Assembly (NCBI RefSeq): GCF_000142905.1
Contig: NW_013657653.1
Location: 228,392 to 292,391 of the forward strand
Length of the DNA: 64,000 nucleotides
DNA from: Thecamonas trahens ATCC 50062
Taxonomy: Eukaryota > Protista > Apusomonadida
Direction of reading: 5' to 3'
A program made the position numbers and the translations under genes. This document shows positions 51,172 through 59,535 of this stretch, piece after piece. The notes beneath the pieces were generated by a model. The model saw only the letters and a program-made list of their open reading frames with translations, had not been told where the DNA came from and did not search any database. How positions within the stretch are numbered: the stretch's first letter is position 1; every line of letters starts with the position of its first letter.

Positions 51172-51941
51172 ATGTCAAACCTGGGCTACGAGCCGCCTTA
51201 CGAGGTCGAGGTCAACGAACAGTGGACCAACGAGCGTACGCATGTCCCCCTCTCCCCTCCTCCCCCCTTGCCCCTTGCCCCTTGCCTCCCTTTCAACATA
51301 CCTGAGGACATGGTCTGCAAGCAAGAGGGCTGTCCACTGCTACTGCCGCAAAAGCCACCCAACACCCTCCCTCACCCCGCCCACATGCTCATCCACACTC
51401 CGCCTATCCCTCACATGGGGGTGATCCCAATCACTCCCCCATACCTCCCCATCACCATCCTTACCCATCCCCATCGCCACTCCCCCCCCCNNNNNNNNNN
51501 NNNNNNNNNNNNNNNNNNNNNNNNNNNNNNNNNNNNNNNNNNNNNNNNNNNNNNNNNNNNNNNNNNNNNNNNNNNNNNNNNNNNNNNNNNGCCCCTTCGC
51601 CCCCCTCCCTCCCTTCGCCCCCCTCCCTCCCCTTGCCCCCCCCTCCCTCCCCTTGCCCCCCTCCCTCCCCTTGCCCCCCTCCTCCCCTTGCCCCCCTCCT
51701 CCCCCCCCCCCCCCCGCCTCACCTACCTCTCGTCCAACCCACAGGTTTGCTCAAGTGGCGCGAAGACCGTAATGCGTTTGTGGCATCGGCAGCCGGGCCG
51801 CGTCCGCAGCTGCGCGAGGTCGACTACGACGCTGTTCACGACGGCCTCATTTCCCGCTCGGGTGCCCTGGGCGAGCCCACTCCGCTGCCCTCGCTCTTGC
51901 ACATCCTCAACGAGATGTGGGAGGAAGACGGCATGATGTGA
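51172..51941 (+). CDS. Small DUF4050 (Gag1-like clamp)-like protein, ~86 aa; intron 51236..51744
   Basis: MSNLGYEPPYEVEVNEQWTNE|RLLKWREDRNAF...EPTPLPSLLHILNEMWEEDG; phase-1 GTACGC...CTCAC...CAG intron. Confidence 0.7.
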
Positions 51942-52308
51942 TCCGGCTGTGGACATCTGGACATGCTTGCTCTTCCTCCTCGCCATTCTGCTCTCATTCC
52001 TTCGTGTGTCCGGGCCCGGGCCCATTCCCCGTGCCTATTGCCTGTGCTGTGGTCGGGAGCGGACCAGAGGTGGCAGGACCAGGGCCCCAACTGCCCTCCT
52101 CCTCCTCACTCCTTCTCCCCAACTCCGCACACTTGACGTGACACGTGCAGGTGGCGTCGCGGAGCAATTGCGGAGTACGGTTTCTCCGCACCGCCGCACC
52201 ACTGCGCCCTGCCCAAAACGGGTGTGCCACCACCTGGCTAGCTTCGCTGTCACGCGGTCAGTGCAAGTAGTGGACTCGCTTGGTCAGGGCGGCGATAAAC
52301 ACCCTGCC

Positions 52309-53688
52309 ATGGCTGGTGCCTCGTCCTCGCCTTACGACGCTTCCGTCCTCGCGGACATTGCTTGTCGCGAGCTCGGCGAGCTCGATCCGCGACAAATCGC
52401 TGAGGCCCAGGTGGCTCTGGCACGAGCACTTGGGCTAGACGAGAAGACTCTCGGCCGCGGCGAGCGTGAGAGGCTGCTGCGCTTTCTTCGCGCCCGCAAG
52501 TTCCGCCTCGACGACGCGGCTCAGCTGTGGACGGCGTACGACGCCTTTGCTGCCGAGTTTGACTTTCCAGGGAGCTACACTCGCGGCGACCTGCCTTGGC
52601 TCACCCGGGTGTATGAGGCCGGTGTGGTGGTCAACGTCCCCATCCCGCTGCCGGGCAACGGGACGTATCTCACAGCAATGGTGCTCGGCGGAGTCGACAA
52701 GGCGCGCGTCCAGATTGTCGACGTCCACCGCACACTCTGGCTCGCCTACGACCGCATCCTCACCAACAACGACGCGGCGCAAATCCGCGGCGTCTCGGCG
52801 CTGCAGCACATGGCGGACGCGCCGGGCATGGGCAGCTTCTCGCGGGCCGATATGAAGCGCGGGACGCGGATGATCCAGCACACGCTGCCGATGCGATTTA
52901 AGGGCATGATGTTCCTGCACCCACCGTGGTACTTTAACCTCATGTTCAAGCTTGTCCGCCCCTTCCTCACCAAGAAAATGGTGGACCGCATCAACGTTCT
53001 CGGCTCGTCCGAGAACGACCTCTTTGCCGCCATCCCGCGCTCTGCGCTCCCGGCGTGTCTTGGCGGAAGCCTCCCGCTCTTCTCACCACGCGAGGAGCTC
53101 GCCGCCATCTACGCCTCGCTCGGCGTGCCGTATCACGAGCTCCTCGTCCGCGAGTCCATTGCGACCGCGGTGCCCGCCAAGGGCTGGCTTGCCCGGCGCG
53201 AGCTCGTTCTTGACCTGCCCGAGCCCGGCATGGTAACCGTCACTGCCGTGGCAGGCGACTCGATCTGCGCTGCGCCGCCGCCGGCCGGCCTCGGGCTCGC
53301 CGTCGGCGATGTCATCTCTGCCATCAATGGCAAGCGCGTCCGCGCGCTCTCGGACGTTTACTTTAAGTTCGCTGGCGGCCGCATTGTCCTCACTCTTGAA
53401 CGCCGCGCCGTCGAACCATACCAGCGCATGATGCGGATTCCAGGCATCGACATCCCGTGGTCTGAGCTCTCTGCCGGCACCATCGACGAGCTAGCCATCA
53501 CTCCTGACACAGGCAACGGCTCGAACTCTGGCCACGGCTCGGACTCCAGCCACGGCTCAAACTCTAGCGATGGCTCTTGGTGGTCCGACTCGGACTCGGA
53601 CGTCTTTTACGACGCGCCGTCATCGGCCCACTGGCTCGACGACGAGACGCCACCGCGCCGCCGCCGTCGTCGTCGGCGACGGCGTTAG
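52309..53688 (+). CDS. CRAL-TRIO (Sec14/alpha-TTP-like) lipid-binding protein with C-terminal PDZ-like domain
   Basis: LLRFLRARKFRLDDA, AQIRGV, PMRFKGMMFLHPPWYF...VRPFLTKKMVDRI, LPACLGG; then GLAVGDVISAINGKRV...IVLTLER. Confidence 0.87.
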   Translation: MAGASSSPYDASVLADIACRELGELDPRQIAEAQVALARALGLDEKTLGRGERERLLRFLRARKFRLDDAAQLWTAYDAFAAEFDFPGSYTRGDLPWLTRVYEAGVVVNVPIPLPGNGTYLTAMVLGGVDKARVQIVDVHRTLWLAYDRILTNNDAAQIRGVSALQHMADAPGMGSFSRADMKRGTRMIQHTLPMRFKGMMFLHPPWYFNLMFKLVRPFLTKKMVDRINVLGSSENDLFAAIPRSALPACLGGSLPLFSPREELAAIYASLGVPYHELLVRESIATAVPAKGWLARRELVLDLPEPGMVTVTAVAGDSICAAPPPAGLGLAVGDVISAINGKRVRALSDVYFKFAGGRIVLTLERRAVEPYQRMMRIPGIDIPWSELSAGTIDELAITPDTGNGSNSGHGSDSSHGSNSSDGSWWSDSDSDVFYDAPSSAHWLDDETPPRRRRRRRRRR

Positions 53689-53964
53689 CCCGCGCGCTAC
53701 TTTGACCGCCACGCCACATCTGCACACTCTGCAGCCCCTCATTGCCGCCTTTTTCATTCGATGCTCCCAGGCGCCGCTCTATCTGCAGCTGATCACGAAC
53801 AACCAACCTGGTTTGGTCCGGCATCGCACCGGCTGCCGACGTAGATTCTATCAAAAGTGGCGCCACCACTCGTCGCCACCCCCCCCCCACCATTACCGCC
53901 CCCCCCTCCCCCCCATACCCACACATACATGCACATCCCACACGAGAGCCCCAAAGTCGCCCGG

Positions 53965-54935
53965 ATGCCTGAACCGCCGTCGCCCAAGAGGAGGCGCGAG
54001 GAAGGTGACGCCGAGGCGGCCGAGGCTGCGGCTGGACGGCCAACCAAGGCGGCACGGAGGCGGCTGTCGGCCTCGCCATCGCCGCCCCCACTGTTTGCCG
54101 ACGCACCAGCTGCAGGAGGCGAGGATGGGACCGAGACGGGTGGAGCCGACAAGGACGCTGCAGCTCCACCGGTGGCGCCCAAGCGGCCGCTGTCAGCGTA
54201 CATGCTGTTCTCGGCGAGCAAGCGGGCTGAGGTGGCGGCGTCGATGCCGCCGGGCTCACGCGCAACCGACGTGATGCGGGCGCTGGGCGCAGCGTGGAAG
54301 GCGCTGAGCACCGAGGAGCAGGCAGCGTTCAAGGCACAGGCAGCAGCGGCCAAGGCCGAGTACAAGGTTGCCAAGGCTGCCCACGCCAAGGCGCTCGCCG
54401 CATACAACGCATCGCGGCCCGCAGGCACCGCCCCGCCGCGCAGCCGATCCACAACAACTCGATTGCCATGCTTCTCCTTGGATCGCCGTACTCGTTCCAG
54501 GCGAGCTCTCGTAAGAACAGCAGCAAGAGCAAGAGCAAGGGTGCAGCGGCGGCAGCGGCGCGCAAGAAGAGCTCGCGGACGAAGCGGTCTGCGCCTGTGG
54601 CAAGCGCCAACCCACGCCAGCCTGCCCCCGCCGACACCACCACCATCAGCCAGGCGCTGGCGCAGGCCTCGGAGGCCCTCGCCGGTAGCGACGGCAAGAA
54701 CGATGCTGCTGGCGAGAGCGGCAGTGAGTCGGATGACGACGACACGACCCAGCCTGGCGCCGCGCCTTCGACCATGTCGCTCCTCAGCATGTTTGCCGCC
54801 CCGTTGCCGGCGCGTCGACCCGGCGGGTGGTGTTTGATTGATGCAGAGGCAGTACTAAAGAATTGGTTGCATGCGCAACATGTTGATGCTGTTATTGCTC
54901 ACGGGAGCTCAATCCGATCTGAGGAGCTGGGATAG
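53965..54935 (+). CDS. HMG-box protein; 1-nt frameshift near 54430-54434
   Basis: APKRPLSAYMLFS...DVMRALGAAWKALSTEEQAAFK...AKAEY. The C-terminal part lies in ORF 54294..54935, which has coding-like codons. Confidence 0.85.
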
Positions 54936-54954
54936 CGCGTGGGTGGGTATGCGA

Positions 54955-55944
54955 CTACTCAAAAGCCCAGCTGTCGATGCCAATGGCTTCGTTGGTGAGG
55001 TCCCAAAGCCGGGTGCCAAGCTCAACGTCCTTGACCTCATCCTCGCGGAACATGGGCATCTCGTGCGGCGGGCCGCGCATCGACTTGCATCCACGCGGAC
55101 CGAAAAACGCGTGCGTCGACGCGCTGTTCGGATGGTCGGCAGGGAGCAAGCCGGCACCGACCGACGCCAGCTGCGGAGTGGTGCCCATCTGGACGTTCTG
55201 CGAGAACATCTTGTTGAGCATGCGGACAAGGAAGCCCTCGCCATCAACGAGGCCAGTGTATGTCCAGCCGGGATGGGAGCTCATGGCACGGACGTGATCG
55301 ATGCCCGCGGCAAGGAGCCGGCGCTGGAGCTCGACGGTAAAGACCAGGTTAGCAGCCTTGGAGCGGCCGTAGGCCGGCCACTGCGTGAGGCCCTCATCGG
55401 TGTCCGGGACGAGTCCAGCCGGCGCGAGCGAGTCTGCACCGCCCGACGAGCAGGTCGAGACGACGGCACGGTTTGGCGCCGCGAGCAGGAGTGGCATGAG
55501 CTCGGCAGTGAGGCAGACCGGGCCGATGTGGTTTGTGCCGTACATCATCTCAAAGCCATCGACGGTGGTGCGGCCGAGCGGGATGTTGATCCCCGCGTTG
55601 TTGACTAGTATGTCGAGGTGGCTGTGACGCTCAGCCATCGCAGCCGCAAACGCCCGCACGCTCGAAAGGTCGGCCAGGTCCAGCTTCATCACCACCAGCC
55701 GCGACCGCAGGTCGGGCACCTGCTCACCCCACTCGGCCACAATGTCATCGACAACGCCATCAGCCTTGGCTGTGTTGCGCACCGCGAGCACAACCTCGTC
55801 GCAGCCACGCAGCGCCAGCCACTTGGCCGTCTCGATGCCGAGCCCACTCGACGCGCCCGTCACCACCGCCACGCGGCCCACCATCGATGGCAGGAGCTCC
55901 TGCGCCTCGGGAACAGGGTGTTCAATCAGGACACGATCGGTCAT
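54955..55944 (-). CDS. Short-chain dehydrogenase/reductase (retinol dehydrogenase/WWOX-like)
   Basis: VVTGASSGLG, LDLADLSSVRAFA, LVNNAG, DGFEMMYGTNHIG, YGRSK and HPGW. Confidence 0.92.
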   Translation of the reverse strand: MTDRVLIEHPVPEAQELLPSMVGRVAVVTGASSGLGIETAKWLALRGCDEVVLAVRNTAKADGVVDDIVAEWGEQVPDLRSRLVVMKLDLADLSSVRAFAAAMAERHSHLDILVNNAGINIPLGRTTVDGFEMMYGTNHIGPVCLTAELMPLLLAAPNRAVVSTCSSGGADSLAPAGLVPDTDEGLTQWPAYGRSKAANLVFTVELQRRLLAAGIDHVRAMSSHPGWTYTGLVDGEGFLVRMLNKMFSQNVQMGTTPQLASVGAGLLPADHPNSASTHAFFGPRGCKSMRGPPHEMPMFREDEVKDVELGTRLWDLTNEAIGIDSWAFE

Positions 55945-56556
55945 GCTGTGCAAGTCTGGGCAGCTGTTGGTGAGTGGCGTGCCAACCATGGACGCAGCTG
56001 AATCATCGCGGCTTGCGGCCTTCAATGCACTTACTGTGTGGTTTGGGGTCTTTCCTCGTTGGCAATTGCCTGTGTGGGGAGTGAGCACGGCCCCCTTTGC
56101 GCTGTATTAAATTCATGCGCTGTTGCGGCGAAAGCGGCTAATCTGCGGTGACATTTGGCGGCTTGCCACGTTTGTGCCACAGACAGGCCGCACTGTACCA
56201 CACCTACGACCGGGTGTGCAGCCCTTGTTCGAGACTGTACTGTAGCTTCTGACCAAGTCCCGTACATCAGCGAGCCAGTATAAGCTTGTCTAGCCGCATC
56301 AAGTCCACCTCACCTGTTTCAAACCTGACCACGGCCACAAACAAGAGAGTAAAAGCAATGTTCTCCGAGGAATACATGTTCCATAAAGTGATCTTGACCA
56401 AAGCATTTGTTCGCTCCCCTTCCCCCCCCCCCCCCCTCCCCTCCCGTGTCACCACCCATCCAAACCATCCTTGACCAACAAGCCCGACCCAGGCACTGCG
56501 CACACGTGCAAGACAACCTGACGCCCCATCACCACCAAGGCTACCCACCACGCACC

Positions 56557-58083
56557 ATGGACCTGGTGGCTCGCTTCAAGGAGCGCACGACCTCGGCTTC
56601 GTACCGCAAGCCCAAGTCGTCCCTTGTGGCCTCCAAGCCCCGCTCCGCCTCGTCCGTCTCGTCCGTCTTGGCCAAGGCCAAGGCCAAGGCCAAGGCCAAG
56701 TCCAAGGCCAAGTCCAAGGCCAAGACCAAGGCTAAGAGCAAGTCATCATCAAAGCACAAGCGCAAGCGCAAGCGTAAGCGCGGCTCGCGATCGGGCGAAT
56801 CCTCCTCCTCGTCGTCGTTGTCGGCCACGAAAGAGGGGCGCAGCAAGCGGCACAAGAGCACGCTGAGTGCCAAGCTGCGGGCGGAGGAGGCCGACTTCCG
56901 AGTGACCAAGGGGGTGGAGATCTTTCCTACATTCGACTCGATGGGCCTTAAGCCGCGGCTGCTGCAGGGCATTTATGCCTTTGGCTTTGAGGAGCCGTCG
57001 GCCATCCAGTCGCGGGCGATTGTGCCCATCACCAAGGGCCGCGACGTCATCGCGCAGGCACAGTCCGGAACCGGCAAGACTGGCACGTTCTCCATTGGCG
57101 TGCTCAACAATGTCAACCCGGCGTCGCGGTGTGTCCAGGTCCTCGTTGTCTCACCGACCCGTGAGCTCGCGTCCCAGTCGGCGGCGGTGCTCTCCGCGCT
57201 CGGCGACTACCTCGGCGTTAAGGCGCACGCGTGTGTCGGCGGCAAGGCCATCAAGGCGGATCTGGCCAAGCTGCGTGCGGGCGTCCAGGTTGTCTCCGGC
57301 ACACCCGGTCGGATGCTGGACATGCTGCGACGGTCGATGATCAACCCCAAGTCGGTCCGCATGCTCGTCCTCGACGAGGCCGACGAGATGCTCCTCTGCG
57401 GACTCAAGGACAAGATCGACACCATCTACACCTCGCTTCCGGGTAAGGTCCAGGTCGTGCTGGTCTCGGCCACCCTTCCGCGGGCCGTCCTTGCCCTCAC
57501 CGAAGAGTTCATGACCAAGCCGACCAAGGTCCTTGTCCACCGCGACGGGCTCACGCTCTCGGGCATCGCGCAGTACTACGTGGCGGTCGACGGCGAGGAG
57601 TGGAAGTTTGACACCCTCTGTGGGCTCTACGATTCGCTCACCATTACTCAGGCGGTCATTTTCTGCAACAAGCGCGCCCACGTCGACACGCTCGCCGCCC
57701 GGATGCGCGAGGCTCATTTTACCGTTGCGGTCATGCACGGCGAGCACAACCAGGCCGAGCGCGACGCGGTCATGCAAGAGTTTCGCTCTGGCGCCGCCCG
57801 CGTCCTCATCACCACAGACCTCTGGGCTCGTGGCCTCGACGTCCAGCAAGTCTCGCTCGTCGTCAACTACGACCTACCGCTCTCCAAGGAGAACTACATC
57901 CACCGCATCGGCCGCTCAGGCCGGTTTGGACGCAAGGGCCTCGCCATCAACATCATCACCCCACAGACCGCTCGCTACATGCGCGCCATCGAGGCGTACT
58001 ACGACACCACCATCCGCGAGCTGCCCGCAGACCTCGAGTCGCTCAACGCCGAGCCCGCCGACGAGGTCGCGGCGTCAGCGTGA
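56557..58083 (+). CDS. EIF4A3: DEAD-box helicase eIF4A-III/Fal1-like with long Lys/Ser-rich N-terminal extension
   Basis: [68 protein letters not shown] and [15 protein letters not shown]. Confidence 0.88.
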   Translation: MDLVARFKERTTSASYRKPKSSLVASKPRSASSVSSVLAKAKAKAKAKSKAKSKAKTKAKSKSSSKHKRKRKRKRGSRSGESSSSSSLSATKEGRSKRHKSTLSAKLRAEEADFRVTKGVEIFPTFDSMGLKPRLLQGIYAFGFEEPSAIQSRAIVPITKGRDVIAQAQSGTGKTGTFSIGVLNNVNPASRCVQVLVVSPTRELASQSAAVLSALGDYLGVKAHACVGGKAIKADLAKLRAGVQVVSGTPGRMLDMLRRSMINPKSVRMLVLDEADEMLLCGLKDKIDTIYTSLPGKVQVVLVSATLPRAVLALTEEFMTKPTKVLVHRDGLTLSGIAQYYVAVDGEEWKFDTLCGLYDSLTITQAVIFCNKRAHVDTLAARMREAHFTVAVMHGEHNQAERDAVMQEFRSGAARVLITTDLWARGLDVQQVSLVVNYDLPLSKENYIHRIGRSGRFGRKGLAINIITPQTARYMRAIEAYYDTTIRELPADLESLNAEPADEVAASA

Positions 58084-58109
58084 GCCCGCACCGTCCCAAC
58101 CTGCAGCCA

Positions 58110-59477
58110 TTAAAACGCCACGCGGTCAAACGACCACGACATCGACGTCTGCGTCTGCGAGTACTGCACGTCGCGGTAGTGCGGGAGCGTAGAGCCCTTA
58201 AAGAGGATGGCGACGCCAAGCGGAAGCTCAAAGTCGGCCACAGGCGCCGCAAGCGAGTTGGTGATGACTGAGAACGAGAACGACGGTACATGCGCGTCGG
58301 CGTCGCGGACTTCGTCCACGTTGAGCGACATCGAGTACGTGTACGGCATACCGTCGATGTGGAAGAGGAGCGACGACCGCGGAAGGTACCAGTGGGTGAT
58401 CGGCCGCGCCGGAACAAGTGGCTCACCCACAATGCGCGCCACCAGTGGCGTCAGCTGATTGTTGAGGTACGTTGCCACGGGCTCGGTCCATCGGAACTTG
58501 GAGTGTCCGTTCTCGGCGCGGAAGAGTGATGCCCCATTCTCAAACAGCATGCGACAGTGAAGACGGACCGCCGCAAAGTGCTCCGCAGGAAGTAGGCCCT
58601 CGAGGAGGACCCAGCCGGTCGCCGCAAACTGCGCCCGCGCCTCGTCCACGATCGCCTCCCAGTGCTCCGCGGCCGCCACCCACTCGGCCGGCGTGGCCAG
58701 GACCCACCGCCGCCGCAGCGCAGTGTACAGCACCGGATCAGCCTCCTGCAGCTCGGCCGGGCTCATGTCGCCGGCAAGGACCGCCGCCAGCGGCGCCTCC
58801 CAGGCCTCGTCCACCGCCCACGGCAGAAAGAGCCCACAGCCGGGGAGCTCGGTCCAGAGCGCGCTAAAGTGGTACGCGTCGGTGTTGCGGAAGACGGCCA
58901 CCGCCCTCCCGTCATACATGCCATCAAACGGGCGCGCGCTCCGCATCACACCCCTTCCCACCTTTTCGCCGCGGAGCGTCAGCGCCGCCATCGGCGCCAG
59001 CCGCAGCGCCGCCACTGTCTCGGGCGCATCAGCTCCTCCGTCGGGCGCCCGCGCATACGCCCGCGCACCCAGCAGACCATGACTCGCCACAGCTGGCACC
59101 GAGTCCGGCTCGGCCACGCTCCGCAGCGTGGCGTGCTCGTACATCAGCGGGATCCAAATCGGGAGGTCCGGGACCGGCGCCCGAGCCGGGAGCGGGACCG
59201 CCGCCGCCGCCAGCGCCTCGTCATCGACCAGGCCCCAGGTGGCAGCCATGAACCGCAGGCCCCGGACCGAGCATGCCCACCGCAGCGTGTTGGCTACCAC
59301 CACCGGCGAGAACCGGCGGAGGTTGGCCACGCCGCGCCAGAAGTGCCACCGCTCCGTCGGCGTCAGCGCGAGGTATCGACCCACGCTCCTCACCAGCGCC
59401 GCCACCGCCACCATTCCGGCCACCACGCTCTTGGGTCGCGAGCGCACAACCTCGACGCAACTCTGCCAAAATGCCAT
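58110..59477 (-). CDS. Putative 2OG-Fe(II) dioxygenase with N-terminal membrane anchor
   Basis: WYLPRSSLLFHIDG...YSMSLNV...GVAILFKGSTLPHYR, i.e. an HxD...H jelly-roll pattern; hydrophobic N-terminus. Confidence 0.65.
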   Translation of the reverse strand: MAFWQSCVEVVRSRPKSVVAGMVAVAALVRSVGRYLALTPTERWHFWRGVANLRRFSPVVVANTLRWACSVRGLRFMAATWGLVDDEALAAAAVPLPARAPVPDLPIWIPLMYEHATLRSVAEPDSVPAVASHGLLGARAYARAPDGGADAPETVAALRLAPMAALTLRGEKVGRGVMRSARPFDGMYDGRAVAVFRNTDAYHFSALWTELPGCGLFLPWAVDEAWEAPLAAVLAGDMSPAELQEADPVLYTALRRRWVLATPAEWVAAAEHWEAIVDEARAQFAATGWVLLEGLLPAEHFAAVRLHCRMLFENGASLFRAENGHSKFRWTEPVATYLNNQLTPLVARIVGEPLVPARPITHWYLPRSSLLFHIDGMPYTYSMSLNVDEVRDADAHVPSFSFSVITNSLAAPVADFELPLGVAILFKGSTLPHYRDVQYSQTQTSMSWSFDRVAF

Positions 59478-59535
59478 GCTGTGCTGGTTGAATGGTGTGG
59501 GCCGCCAGAAAGGTGTGGGTCTCTCGTGCTGCTCT

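Noticed and set aside
56150-56240. GTTCGAGAC B-box-like motif suggesting a tRNA or SINE
   Set aside because: No cloverleaf, convincing A-box, T-run terminator or poly-A tail seen.
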